Shown: piece after piece, positions 1 to 12,790 of the stretch
Position numbering within the stretch: the first letter of the stretch is position 1
How the letters are laid out: every line of letters begins with the position of its first letter
Origin: Chiloscyllium plagiosum
Lineage: Eukaryota
Assembly (NCBI RefSeq): GCF_004010195.1
Contig: NC_057750.1
Span: forward strand, 192,734-256,733
DNA length: 64,000 nucleotides
Direction: 5' to 3'
The notes under the pieces: generated by a model
What the model saw: only the letters and a program-made list of their open reading frames with translations
Databases searched by the model: none
Told to the model about the DNA's origin: nothing
Position numbers and translations under genes: made by a program

Positions 1-1099
1 AGTGCCAGACAGATTCTGCCTGAAAAGCAGCCACTCTGTGTGCCTGTGTGAAAGAGCATCTGGATACAGCAACACTGCCATCCTTTAACTCTAGCTGAAC
101 AACCAATTCACTGGAGGCACAGAATGGCACAACGTGGCACCAATACTGCCAGCCTGGAGATTTGTTTCTAAACTAGCGAGAGCTAAATACTGAAACAAAG
201 AAAAATAGACAATAGGAGCCATGGGCCCTTTGATTTCAATATTATCACGGCTGAGTATCAACTCAGTCCCTGTTCCTGTTTTCTCTCTCATAACGTTTGA
301 TTCATTTAGCCCCAAGAGCTACATGAAACCTTTTCTTGAAAACTCCTAAGTGGGTAAGTGTAGACCCTTGAGATGCAGCCTGGTCCAATCCATGTTCAGG
401 TTCCTGTTCACAAAACACATTGCAGCAACCTTTCAATGCCATTGCCGTTCCCTGAAAAGAATGAGAAAAGGAGTAACTGTGAGTTACTGGGATTAATTAA
501 AAAATACAGAGACTAGTGAAAATAAAGATTTGGAGACAAATGTTAGGTGATCACCCAATAAATATTTGGGCACTTTCATTCTTTAGTTGTGTAAAGTATT
601 GTAGCATTGCAAAAAATTATAAATATGTTTATAGAAAGAGGCATAACTAATGTGTTTCAGAGTGAATACTCTCTCCAGAGACCATATTCTGTTCAGAGAT
701 TTGAAGGTTTTCATCTTAGCACAAACCCATAAGAGTTTAAAAGGAGTTTTACTACCATGTTAGGGGTTTCCCTGTCCTTGGAGTTAGACTGCAGATACAT
801 TGGGTCTTTTTGGAATTGTGTTGATTCTAGTTGTGTGTTCAAACTCCATTCTAGGCCTGAGCTGCCCAGTGCAGTCCTGTTGGGGTGCTGTGCTGTTGGA
901 ATCACACAATTCTTTTGGTTCAGAAGGAGGCCATTTGGCCCATCATGTCTGCACTGGCTCTCTGAATGTTTTAACTTGTGCCATTCTCCTGCATTTCCCT
1001 GAGTGTGGAAGCTTACCTGACTGCAGGTCACACTGCCTTCCTTCTCATTGAAGTGCACTGGATCCTACAAATACCTATGCAACAGAGGAGAAGGAACAA

Positions 1100-1615
1100 A
1101 GGAGTGAAGGATGAGAATGAGCTATCACTGGTGTTAATGGCAGAGCAGCAAAATGATGTTTGGTTGCTCCTGGAAGTCTTGCTTGCCCCTCCTCCAGCCA
1201 GCTGTCGCTCCTTTCTCCTCAGACAGGGTGAGGAACCAAAGGTGATCCAGCTCATCAGCAGGCTTGGCTCTTTCAACCGGATTCTGACAGTATTTCTTTC
1301 CTGCAATAACATAAAGAGAGGGTCTGAGTATTTGCTGAGGGGTGTGTGCAATGGTAGCTTCAGAGTGAATTGTGGGTAAAGAGAGAGAAGATGGAGGCAC
1401 GTGGTGTGCAAGAGCTAACATTGGGCACTGCTGTGCAAGTGTTTGACCCTGATGACTACCATGAGCCTGAGTGATGAGGTCCTTTGTTAGTCTGGAGGAA
1501 GCAACACTGACCTTCCATCACTCCCTTTGTCCACCAGGAAGGAAGAGGATGCTAGTTTCCTCTCTGTGACATGTCCTCATTGATCACAGTTAAACAACAG
1601 TGTCTGAAGGGCAGG
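1100..1615 (-). mobile_element. Decayed Harbinger/PIF-type Myb/SANT-like (ORF2) gene remnant
   Basis: Minus strand gives LQTLL...ILFLPGGQR, then acceptor ctctctttatgttattgcag (exon starts ~1300) and KKYCQNPVERAKPADELDHLWFLTLSEE, resembling the NxxERxxTGGG..LTPxEE motif of Harbinger Myb/SANT proteins as recalled. Confidence 0.45.
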
Positions 1616-2769
1616 TTGGGACTTGTAGCTCCTGAAACAATGTGGAGACATGGTTCAACAATCACAGCACAAGAGAAGTCACAGTCATCATGAATCTCCC
1701 CAAAATAAATCCACTTTCCCAAATATTGGGCAACCTCAGTCCTGTTTCGTAATAAACTGTGGCTCTCTCCATAAAATCAGTGGATCGTCCATAGATGCCA
1801 TGTCAACCAAAATTATTTAAATTGGACAGTTTTCAAAACTTTCACCTTTGCAGAGAAAAAAAACATTTTTTTTGTTTCTTCATTTTGAAAACTTCATTCA
1901 GCAAACAGTTGAGAAATGCTCAGGTTTCCTGCATATTAGTTGCTGGGTTTACCCAGAGGGAGCTGTACTCAAGCTGTGCATAGGGAGATTGTGGAGATAC
2001 ACAATGGGGCAACTGGTGCCTGAAGAGGACAAGCTGCTGACCCAAGCCCCAAAGTGAGGTTAAAATATTGACCAACAGGATGATGAATGGAGGACAGAGA
2101 CCAGAAAATTGTCATGGTTGAACTTTGTTGAAGTTAATTTTACACCCTCGGTGTGTGCAACCAGCTGAGCATACAGTGAAGATGGATTTTACGATGGGAC
2201 AAAGCCAAGTGTTAAAATATAATATTAAATGTTCAATGTTAATGTTAAATATTAAATAGCAAATATTAATACGAAAGAATAATACTAATGCAGGATTTAG
2301 TAAATGGATCATAAAATTACTCAGTGTAAAATATCTAAGAAATAGAATAACAAGATTCAATGATTAAACAAGAGTCTGGAGACTATTCTTGAAAAGACAT
2401 CACTTTCTATTAAAAAAATGGAGATTCCATCTCAATGACCACCATTGCTGATTCTCTTCACATCCGCCTGTATCACGCACAGTTTCATTTCACATCTGCC
2501 TACTCCACTCTGGGATTCAGACCTGAAGCCTGTTTGGATAATAAATGAAAATATTAGGATTTTGATCAGTAACACCAACCGCCTCCCATTTTGACTCAAC
2601 CTTCATCCCGAGGTCATAGGTTTCAAAATGTAAGAATTATAAAGAGCGGAATTGAGCTTTTAGGCTCAATAAATGCCTTTTTTTTGAAAAGCTGGCCCTA
2701 CATACCAATTCTTCACCTTGTCCTGTAACAGCACCGACAAGCTTCTGTAGTTCATCTGCCTGCTCATAG

Positions 2770-3080
2770 ACCCAACCATCTTCATCAGCTTCATCAATGA
2801 CCTTCCTTCCATCATGGACAGGCATATGGATGTACATGGAATAGTGTAGGTCGGATGGGTTTCAGATTAATATGACAGAGTGGCGCAACATCGAGGGCCG
2901 AAGGGCCTGTACTGCGCTGTAATGTTCTATGTTCTATAAGTTCAGAGGTAGGGATGTTCACTGATGATTACACAATGTTCAGCAACATTTGTGAGACCTA
3001 CGGAACTGAAGCAGTCCATGTTCAAATGCAGCAAGATCCAGACAATATCCAGCCTTGGGCTGATAGATGGATGGCAAGAT
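2770..3080 (+). mobile_element. Non-LTR retrotransposon family B (CR1/L2 group) RT fragment, interrupted by CR1 copies
   Basis: ccaaccatcttc..ttcatcaatgaccttcc..gggatgttcactgatgat (FTDD for FADD); homology resumes at ~4471-4625. Confidence 0.7.
2812..2937 (+). mobile_element. CR1 LINE 3' end
   Basis: gagggccgaagggcctgtactgcgctgtaatgttctatgttctat: CR1 3' hairpin plus (GTTCTAT)n tail. Confidence 0.85.
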
Positions 3081-3081
3081 T

Positions 3082-4470
3082 CATAGAACATAGAACATAG
3101 AAATGTTGTGCCGAACATTTGTCCTAGCTTAAGCATTCATCCATGTACCTATCCAATTGCCGCTTAAAGGTCACCAAAGATTCTGACTCTACCACTCCCA
3201 CAGGCAGCGCATTCCATGCCCCCACCACTCTCTGGATAAAGAACCCACCCCTGACATCTCCCCTATACCTTCCACCCTTCACCTTAAATTTATGTCCCCT
3301 TGTAACACTCTGTTGTACCCGGGGAAAAAGTGGGGCACTCCCTGCCCCACTCCACTCGGTGCTCCCTGCCACACTCCACACTAATCTCCCTGGCCNNNNN
3401 NNNNNNNNNNNNNNNNNNNNNNNNNNNNNNNNNNNNNNNNNNNNNNNNNNNNNNNNNNNNNNNNNNNNNNNNNNNNNNNNNNNNNNNNNNNNNNNNNNNN
3501 NNNNNNNNNNNNNNNNNNNNNNNNNNNNNNNNNNNNNNNNNNNNNNNNNNNNNNNNNNNNNNNNNNNNNNNNNNNNNNNNNNNNNNNNNNNNNNNNNNNN
3601 NNNNNNNNNNNNNNNNNNNNNNNNNNNNNNNNNNNNNNNNNNNNNNNNNNNNNNNNNNNNNNNNNNNNNNNNNNNNNNNNNNNNNNNNNNNNNNNNNNNN
3701 NNNNNNNNNNNNNNNNNNNNNNNNNNNNNNNNNNNNNNNNNNNNNNNNNNNNNNNNNNNNNNNNNNNNNNNNNNNNNNNNNNNNNNNNNNNNNNNNNNNN
3801 NNNNNNNNNNNNNNNNNNNNNNNNNNNNNNNNNNNNNNNNNNNNNNNNNNNNNNNNNNNNNNNNNNNNNNNNNNNNNNNNNNNNNNNNNNNNNNNNNNNN
3901 NNNNNNNNNNNNNNNNNNNNNNNNNNNNNNNNNNNNNNNNNNNNNNNNNNNNNNNNNNNNNNNNNNNNNCCCTCATCCTCATGCTTGGTCACCTCCTCGA
4001 AGAATTCAATAAGACTTGTAAGGCATGACCTACCCTTCACAAATCCGTGCTGGCTGTCCCTAATCAAGCAGTGTCTTTCCAGATACTCATAAATCCTATC
4101 CCTCAGTACCCTTTCCATTACTTTGCCTACCACCGAAGTAAGACTAACTGGCCTATAATTCCCCGGGTTATCCCTATTCCCTTTTTTGAACAGGGGCACA
4201 ACATTCGCCACTCTCCAGTCCCCTGGTACCACCCCCATTGACAGTGAAGACGAAAAGATCATTGCCAACGGTACTGCAATTTCCTCTCTTGCTTCCCACA
4301 TAATCCTAGGATATATCCCGTCAGGCCCAGGGGACTTGTCTATCCTCGAGTTGTTCAAAATGTCCAACACATCTTCCTTCCTAACAAGTATCTCCTCTAG
4401 CTTACCAGTCCGTTTCACACTCTCCTCTTCAACAATACGCTCCCTCTCGTTCGTAAATACTGAAGAAAAG
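3082..4470 (-). mobile_element. 5'-truncated CR1 LINE (ORF2 RT region to 3' tail) spanning an assembly gap
   Basis: Open frame DKSPGPDGIYPR..WRVANVVPLFKKG..NYRPVSLTSVVGK..QHGFVKGRSCLTSL at 3970-4470; RGHKFKV..FFIQRVVGAWNALP and (ATAGAAC)n tail at 3082-3330. Confidence 0.93.
3396..3969. other. Assembly gap (N run)
   Basis: Run of N. Confidence 1.
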
Positions 4471-5899
4471 CCACACAAATGCAGACAATGACCGTCTCCA
4501 ATATCAGAGAATGTAACTATCACCCCATCCATTCAGTACCATTATTACCACTGAATCCCCAATTATCAATATTCTGGGGGTTACACTGAACAGTAACTGA
4601 ATTAGACTCGCCTTATAAATGCAATGCCGACAACCATTATATGTATGTACCATTCCAGGATAAAGCCCAACTGGTTCAAACTGAGAACTTGGACATCTTG
4701 AGGAATTAAGGGTTAATAGTTGAAATTTCTTGCACCCTGTAACAACAGCCTTTCTGAGATTGATGGGATGATGTTGAAGAACTGGGAGAGGAAAGCTCAT
4801 CTTCTATTGATAACGTCTGAGTGTTACATATGGAAAGGAATTGAGTGACAGTAATGATGTCAGCCATGGGGTCGTTAAGGTATTTGCTGGCTAGGATAAT
4901 AATGGAGGATCTGTTCATGACAGTAACAAAACAATCATAAATAAAACATACCCATCAAATGGATTACATCAGGAATTCTTGATGGTTCATTGATGAAGCC
5001 TGTTCCAAACACTCTACTGTCAACAAGAGCTGTCTTCAAGGATTCAGGATCCTGAGGTCAGCTCCATGAAATGTATTTTTGTTGTGGGTAAAAGATGGTA
5101 CAATATAAGAATACAGTTTTCACAGATTTGCACAGAAGATCGAACGATGTAGCATACAATCTGTTCCATAGGCTCATCCATCAGAGGTGGACATCAATAA
5201 GTCAGTCCTGAATACAGGGGTACTCAATCATCGAGTGTCTCATGTTTATTTGGTGTGTCTCTCAGTGAGCCAGAGGAGAGGGAGGCTAACTCTCAGCAAG
5301 GAACAGGCCCTCAGATAAGGTTCACCCTGATAAAACCAATATTCTCCTTTCAAGAAAAGAATAAACATTTTAAAAATCACATGATAGGGAAGAGATTTAA
5401 ATAGACAAACGGTTAAAATTTAAACTTCCATTTGTTAGTGAAGTTAAACCCCAAATGGCTCTCTCAATAGTTTTGGTACGATCCGAGCTGAGAACATGCA
5501 GTGAGCAGCAGTTAATTAAAAATGAATCTCACTTGAACACTGCGTCATATCAGACATTCCTGTGAATGTATTCTATGTAGCAGCTGGCCTGAGAGAGTGA
5601 CATTACAAAGCTGCTGCTAGTCTACATTCTCATCCAAAACCTTTGACCTGTTTGACACCTCTTCAATGCTGTCTTCAAGCTGAGAGGCTTGATGATTTGG
5701 TCTTCAGTGTTGAACTTTTATAATTTAGTTTTCTACTTTCTGAATATTTCTTCTCTTCTGCTGATGGAATGGATTGACATTGTGAAATAGTCACTCAACA
5801 TCCAACAAATCAGGAAACAAATCTGACCCACAATTTCCCATTAATTCATGAATAAAATATTTGGTAAATCTGGAATTAGTTGGAGCAGGAATGATGCTA

Positions 5900-6490
5900 C
5901 ATGCGACATACCTGAAAATACCCAGTAATGCTGAAATACCAGACTACTTTGTGCCAAACAGCATAAGCAGCTTTCAATAGATAACAGCTAAGAGATCATA
6001 CAACCAACACATGAGATTGAAGCTCTGCAGTCCTGCCACGAGTATTTCAGAGTGGCGGTGACAATTAAACTATGAACAAGAGGTGCAGACGCCAATGCAC
6101 AACCCTGGGGTAAGCCCAGCACATCAGGCCAGAAGACACAAGGCTGAAGCATTTACAACAATCTCCAGCCTGAAGTGTGAAGTAGATGATCCAACCTATC
6201 CACCTCTGGGGTCCCCAGCATCACAAGATGTCAATCTTCAGCCAATTCCCTCATTCCACATGATATCATAAAATGTTTTGGATTGATGCATTGCACTGTT
6301 TACTGCAAAGACTATGGGTCCTGACAATTTTCCGACAATAATATTGAAGACTTGTGCCCCTAAGCATGTTGCTCTCCCAGCCAAGCTGTTCCAGTACAGT
6401 TACAACACTGGTATCTACCTGACAAAAGGGCAGGACAAGTCCAACCCAGCTAATTACCGCTCGGTCAGTGTGCTCTCAATCATCAGTAAT
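5900..6490 (+). mobile_element. Non-LTR family B ORF2 fragment (pre-RT region)
   Basis: MGPDNFPTIILKTCAP..LPAKLFQYSYNTGIY..DKSNPANYRSVSVLSIIS. Confidence 0.8.
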
Positions 6491-6519
6491 GCTTTTGCAG
6501 GCTTTACACCATCTGAGAA

Positions 6520-6692
6520 GGCACCAGTTTAATCTGAAAGGTGACACATCATTGCTGCATTCTCTTGGTGCAACATTCCCTCAGTACTGTACTGGACCAG
6601 ATTCAGTTTTTGTGCTTGAACCTGGGAGTAGAACTTTGACCCAGAATTTAATGACACATATAAAAGAGTACGACCAGTGAAGCCACAGCTGA
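6520..6692 (-). mobile_element. DeuSINE (SacSINE1/AmnSINE1-like) 5' fragment
   Basis: cattccctcagtactgtactgga..tgtgcttgaacctgggagtagaactttgaccca..gccacagctga matches the reverse complement of the recalled SacSINE1 head. Confidence 0.55.
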
Positions 6693-6751
6693 GGATGCAG
6701 GATAATATTTCAGCAAAGCAGCCATTAAATGATGGAAAGGTTTGAGGGACT

Positions 6752-7040
6752 TTTTTGGTTTGTGCATGAGATGTAGGCATCACTAGCTGGACTGGCATTT
6801 AATGCCCATTTCTAAGTTCCACCTGAACTGAATGGCTTGCCACAACCATTTTAATGGGACAATTAAGAGCCAAGCACATTTCTGTGGTTTTGGAGTCACA
6901 TGCTACACCAGGAAGAAAATGAACACATTTCTTTCCCTAATGGACATTAGTGAACCAGATGGGACTTTGCAACAATTGACAATAGGTACATGGCCATTAA
7001 GCCAGCTGTTAACTTCCAGATTTTTACATTTTCTAAAATT
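6752..7040 (-). mobile_element. tRNA-derived SINE family B
   Basis: ttccctaatggacattagtgaaccagatggg core shared with copies at 31320, 40510, 58815 and 60545; T-run (A-tail) at left end. Confidence 0.75.
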
Positions 7041-7354
7041 TCCCTAGTTTTTCAGGAGTGCATCACACATCATGTCAATGTAGGAGCTCACTCAAGGGGA
7101 ATTTATTGATTAGGGCCATGTCACCCACAGCTAAAGTCACAGACAAAACCTTCCCGATAGATTCACACCAAGTAACTCCACATCCATGGTGCCAGCAGGT
7201 TCTGCAGTTTGTGCTTCACCTTCTTTCTTCTGCTGTACAGCATTAGTTATGTTTAATCAGCGTGTTTGGACATGTTATGACACACCAGTGGGGAGTACAG
7301 GTAGGACACTATCACTGCACCAGAGAAGCACCTGTTATGATACATGAAATATAT

Positions 7355-7848
7355 ATTGTGAAACTTGAAGGGTTCAGGAAAGATTTACAAGGACATTGCC
7401 AGGGTTGGAGGATCTGAGCTATAAAGAGAGGCTGAATAGGCTGGGGCTATTTTTCCTGGATCGTTGGAAGCTGAGGGGTGACCTTGTAGAGGTTTATAAA
7501 ATCATGAGGGGCATGGATAGGGTCAATAGACAAAGTCTTTTCCCTGGGGTGGGGGAGTCCAGACCTAGAGGGCATAGGTTTAGGGTGAGAGGGGAAAAAT
7601 ATAAAAGGGATCTAAGGGGCAACTTTTTCAAATAGGGGATGGTGCGTATGTGGAATAAGCTGCCAGAGGAATGGTGAAAGCTGGTACAATTACAGCATAT
7701 CTCGATGGGTATATGAATAGGTAGGAGTGAGAGGGATATGGGCCAAATGCTGGAAAATGGGACTAGATTAGGTTAGAATATCTGGTTGGCATGGACGAGT
7801 TGGACCTAAGGGTCTGTTTCTGTGCTATATATCTCTATGACTCTATAA
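7355..7848 (+). mobile_element. CR1 LINE 3' fragment
   Basis: LPGLEDLSYKERLNRLGLF..LRGDLVEVYKIMRG..RGHRFRV; ctctatgactctat tail. Confidence 0.92.
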
Positions 7849-7979
7849 CTCAATGAGTCATTGACAGTGCTACAATCTTTACTCAATTATTCACTGTTGG
7901 TATGTTTGTTGGCAGAGCCATCCAGATCCTACCTCATTTCAGCCTCAATCCAAAGAAGAGCTAAACTCAAAAGGTGAGG

Positions 7980-8930
7980 TGAGAGTGACTGCCCTTGACT
8001 TTGAGACAGCTGAGAATGCATTCAAAACGTCTTGATAAAATTGAGGTCAATAAGAATTGGTGAGAAACTCTCTGCTGGTTGGAGTCATATCTGGCACTTA
8101 GGAAGATGGTAGTGATTATGGGATGTCAGTCATTTCAACTCCAGGACATCTCTGCAGGAGTTCCTCAGGGTAGTGTCCTAGGCCCAATCATCTTCAGTTG
8201 CTTCATCTATGACTTTTCCTCCATCGAAGGTCAGAAGTGGGGATGCTTGCCAATGTTTAGCACCATTCATGACTCCTCAGATACTGAAGAAGTCCATGTC
8301 CAAGTAACATTTACACCATGCAAGTGTCAGGCAATGACCATTTATCTTGAGAGAGTGAATCCAATCACTGCCCTTTGTCATTTAATAACATTGTCATCAC
8401 TGAATCCCGGACTATCAACATTCTTGGGACTACCATTAAACAGAAACTGAGCTGGACCGGACTAGCCATTTAAACATTGTCATGACAACAGCAGGTGAGA
8501 AAATAGGAATTGTGTAGCAATATCTCCCCTTTCGATTCCCCAAAGCCTGTCCATCATCTCCAAGGCACAAGTCAGGAGTATAATGCAATACTCTCCACTT
8601 GTCCAGATAAATGCAGCTCCAACAACACTGAAGAAGTTTGACCAAAAGGCTTGCTTGATTGGAAAAGCAGCCACCTTAAATACTTGCCCCCTTCCCAACT
8701 GGCAGACAGTGATATGGATCGTGCACATGATAATGAACCAATACTTTTCCAATCCATGAAACTACCTCCTAGAAGACTAAAGGTAGCAAGATTAGTGAAT
8801 ATTTAACAGTCCTGTTGGTGTCCTTCCACTGAACGGAGGATAATGGTGTGAAGGTAAGGTTCACCACCATCTTCTCAAAGGGATGGGGAATAAATACTGA
8901 CCTTGCTAATAACATTCACATCTCATAAAT
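7980..8930 (+). mobile_element. Non-LTR family B RT to 3' end, decayed
   Basis: AGVPQGSVLGPIIFSCFIYD; ends gggatggggaataaatactgaccttgctaataacattcacatctcat. Confidence 0.82.
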
Positions 8931-10227
8931 TGTCAGATGAGTGGGTCCCCTGTGGTTTTCCTCCTTGGTCATGTGGATCTTGTAAAGATTTATGGTCTTT
9001 AACTGCAAATCTCCCGTTGCTTGTGTGTCGGAGGTCAGTTAGGAAACTGTAATTTCAGGCCCCATGGCAGTCACTGATTTTGCTGACTCCTTGTTAGAAT
9101 GGTTTTGCCTTGGTAACAAAACCTGAGTCAATGCTGGATATAAGGATGTTATTTACTTTCTCCTGGTAACTACAAGGGAGCTAATGGAATAACAGGGGAA
9201 TTTAATGTCAGCTCTGCTCTCAGCATCCCTTTTCAATTCAACATCTTATTGTTGCTTTAACACATTGGGAGTGGTATTTCTGGGGCTTGAAATAAATTTC
9301 CAAAATAATAGAAATTCAAATCCACAAGTTAAAAGCCTTGGTCCTGAAGGGAGAGAAAATCTTTGAATCAGAGATGGGCCACATTGTGAAAGAGCTGAAT
9401 TTCTAATTCACACCCTTCACCTCAATACCAGCGAAAACCCAAAACATACACCTAAGCCCGTTCTCCATTCATGAAGCAGACATAATGAAAGATGGCTCCT
9501 GGGTCTTTGGTTTCATGGATACATATTGATGTTGGCTCAGGTTTTATGGATCATCAGAGACCAGACATATGGCATTTGATGCACATCAAAACCCTGCTGT
9601 GGTCCCAGAGAGAGCACGAGCATCTGGAGGAAGCGTTTGGGAAATTTGAACCACTGACAGACAATCTCTTTGAGTCTGAGCTAGGGTTGGAAACTCACAC
9701 AGCTCCACAGCATTTACCTGAATAGTTGCTCAGGTAACATAAAGGAGTGAAAATTCTAGTTGGGGGCAACTACAGATGGAACCACCATCCCCCAACCCCC
9801 CACACCTGCCCCACTCCTATATCACCAACTCTCCAGCCCACCCCCACCCCAGACTAACATCCAGCTCACTGACTACGCCCCAACACTATCTAATTTCACA
9901 TATTCCTCCACCCACTTGACCAGTGTCAGACCAAGAACCCCTCCCAACCTGATCTGACAAGCCCCCACCCATCTACCCACACTGACCATCTGTACTATCG
10001 CCATGATGCCAGCTACTCATTCACCCTCAATGTGTAAAGAGACAATTCAGCAGCTTATTAAGTAAAGTGGGACCATGGCTTGTCTCTCCCTAATGCCTTT
10101 GTACTATGATGAAGCCCTTCATCGGATACAAACTCTTCATTGTGAAGAAAGTGAGCTCTGAGGACCTGACCAGAGCCATCCTGCAGCAGTGCGGGCTGCA
10201 TGAGGCTATAAGCATAGTGTCCATTCA

Positions 10228-10319
10228 AGAGTGATCACACCTTCATGTAAGATCTTGGTCACTGTGATGCAGTCAGAGTGATCACACTTTTGTGGAAGAT
10301 CCTGGTCACTGTGCTGAAT
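10228..10319. repeat. 47-bp tandem duplication (2 copies)
   Basis: agagtgatcacac..aagatc(t/c)tggtcactgtg starts at 10228 and 10275. Confidence 0.8.
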
Positions 10320-10370
10320 CTGGGCCAACACTTTAGCAAGGAATCATTGACCAAACTGCTTCACCAGGAG

Positions 10371-10570
10371 AAATTAAGGTCTGCAGATGCTGGAGATCAG
10401 AGCTGAAAATGTGTTGCTGGAAAAGCGCAGCAGGTCAGGCAGCATCCAGGGAACAGGAGAATTGACGTTTTGGGCATAAGCCTGAAGAAGGGCTTATGCC
10501 CGAAACGTCGATTCTCCTGTTCCCTGGATGCTGCCTGACCTGCTGTGCTTTTCCAGCAACACATTTTCAG
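10371..10570. mobile_element. Fold-back mini Penelope-like insertion (family A) with 15-bp TSD
   Basis: TSD ctgcttcaccaggag at 10356-10370 and 10571-10585; inverted arms ~10401-10482 and 10491-10572; ~30-nt unpaired tail; same sequence terminates the PLE at 42529. Confidence 0.88.
10481..10513 (+). ncRNA. Minimal hammerhead ribozyme motif (5' strand of helix I truncated)
   Basis: CTGAAGA-A-GGGC(TTAT)GCCC-GAAAC-GTC. Confidence 0.65.
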
Positions 10571-10784
10571 CTGCTTCACCAGGAGCCATTCAGCTCATTG
10601 TGAATGTATTGCAGGTTCCTGTTGGGTACTGCTGTTTTCCCACACGCCTGTAAAAAATATTTATTGAATGTCTTATATGAGTTCATTATAATGCTCCCTG
10701 CTCATGTTCATTTTGACAGTAATCAGAATTTGGGCTGCCCACTCATCTTCCCCAATTGACTGGCTGAATGGAGGGCAATGAAAG

Positions 10785-11357
10785 TGTGATGACGCTGCTC
10801 CTTTGACAAGGTTATTCTGTCCTTGGTTTTTTTCAACAGGGGTTCTAAATGCAGAGATTCCAAAATGTCTGGGTATATCTACATGAAGGAGCTTTTAAGT
10901 TTTATAAAAGCCACATATACAATGAAAGGGGAGTGGCCAGTACCCCCAGCTCAGCTTTTCTCTGGTTTGTTTTGGTTTTTGAAGTCTGCCTGTGTAGAGC
11001 TGCTGGGAAACCCAAACAAACTGCTACTGTAGAAGGAGGTTCCATGCTAAATCTCTCTGTCAGCTCTCTCTCCTAGAAGAACCTCTGTCTGATTTTATCT
11101 TTTTGCCAAGGGGATGTTTATGGGGATTGTTGGAGGCATTTGGAACAGCATCATTAAGTTGGGATTGTCTGTTGGGTTTTCAGATAGGATAAGTTATTCT
11201 ATATTCTCTTCTCTTTTGTTTGCGTTCCATTCAGTACTCTGTAAATAAATGCATCACTCCTGGAATATCCACTTATACCTGCCAAAGCAAGTAGAAAAGT
11301 TGGGGTCTGGGCTACCTTCTTGAAATGTTCTGAGGGGGTCTGGCCTGGTCTATAACA
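10785..11357 (+). mobile_element. Solo LTR (family 1, probably Gypsy-type)
   Basis: TGTGATGA...TATAACA termini, internal TATAAAA and AATAAA, flanks aaag/caag; homologous to 13860-14513 in reverse. Confidence 0.8.
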
Positions 11358-11512
11358 CAAGGTGGAGGGATGTCAGAATTAGAGTTGTAGTAAATTGCAG
11401 TAACTGAATCCCACTTTGTTCCCCAACGCCCACCATCACCCATCCAACTTCAGTTTTCACAACACGACCGAGACTCCTCTCTCTCGTACAGTTCCTAGAG
11501 TGGTCATTCATC

Positions 11513-11885
11513 CATAGAATCATGGAATCTCTACTATATGGAAGTAGGTCATTCAGCCCATTGACTCCACACCAATCCTCTAAACAGCATTCCACCCAGA
11601 CATACCCCCTTATCCCTGTAACCCTGCATTTCCCATGGCTAACCGACCTAGTTTGCACATCCTTGAACATTATGGGCAATTTAGCACAGCCAATCCACCC
11701 TAATCTGCACACAAAGTCTGGAGATGTACAGTATGGAATGAGGAAACCGGAGCACCCAAAGGAAACCCACACAGACATGGGGAAAACATGCAAATTCCAC
11801 ACCGGCAGTCACCTGAGGTGAAATTGAACCTGAGTCCCTGTTACTGTGAGGCAGCAGTGCTAACCATTGAGCCCCCATGCCATCA
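11513..11885 (-). mobile_element. HE1-type V-SINE
   Basis: Reverse complement of tRNA head (ggttagcactgctgcctcacag) and V-domain (ggaatttgcatgttttccccatgtctgtgtgggtttcc), CR1-like tail. Confidence 0.88.
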
Positions 11886-12534
11886 CTGAACCTGCAAGGC
11901 AACGACTATCCAGCCTTAAGCTTAAATGATTCATTTCCTGTGTTTTGTTTTCACTGTGTGACAACCACAGGAACAGCGTAGAATGAAATATTCATGTAAC
12001 TTCTTCTAATTTCTACACAGCTCATCGAAAAGAGAAACTGTGATCTGTGCAGATGCAGCTGAATGTTGAAACCTCCTTGTCAATAATTCGGCCTTTTACT
12101 GTGTCTCTGCATGTGGGTCAATAAAACAGGAACTAGGGACAGCTTCCAGGGGACTGGATATAGCTGTTATAGAGAAATCCAGTAACCACCAGTTCATCCT
12201 TCTCGGGAATATTAAAAAGATTTAGTAATGTTGTTAAATGATCCGTGTGGCCAGCTGGATTTAACTCTTTGATGTAACTGCTTGTTGGCTTTGAGCTGCT
12301 CTATCATGGCTGGGTCTGTGGGAGTTCTCATGGATTGGCCACCATTTCCAACGCTGGAAAGAATGGGCTCCAAATGTTGGAGCTGAACACGTTTATGGGC
12401 ATTAACAGGAGAACTGGTTTCTGGGAGACACACCAGTCATTGCAGTATCTGTGACTGTCAGTCCCTGTCTGTACACAGTCCTCCACTCAGAAGGAAACCC
12501 TGAACAGGTTGAGCCAACACTCAAAGGGGTTCAA

Positions 12535-12790
12535 GAAGACTGAGAGCTGATCCTGTTGAAATCTGTAAGATGCTGAGGAGAGTTCATTGGGTGCATGCTG
12601 AGAGATGCTTCCTCTTCTGTGGAAGTCTTGAACTGACAACAAAGTTCAAGATCAGAGGATTTCCCATTTAAGATGAAAATGAGCAATTTGTCTTCTTCCT
12701 GTCAGAGGGTCACGTGGTTTGTGGGCTGCATCAATGAATATTTTCAAGGCAGAGGTTGACAGATTTGTGACAAACGACAGAGATCTTTGG
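12535..12790 (+). mobile_element. Old CR1 3' fragment
   Basis: gaagactgagagctgatc..atttaagatgaaaatgag..ttcaaggcagaggttgacagatttg. Confidence 0.6.

Noticed and set aside
300..470. Strong minus-strand splice acceptor at ~452
   Set aside because: The downstream peptide is unrecognisable and no gene context supports it.
3143..4028. Long ORFs of 230-289 aa
   Set aside because: Artefacts of translation through the N gap.
10401..10572. Pre-miRNA or DNA-transposon MITE interpretation of the hairpin
   Set aside because: The asymmetric tail, 15-bp TSD and identity with a PLE terminus fit retrotransposition better.
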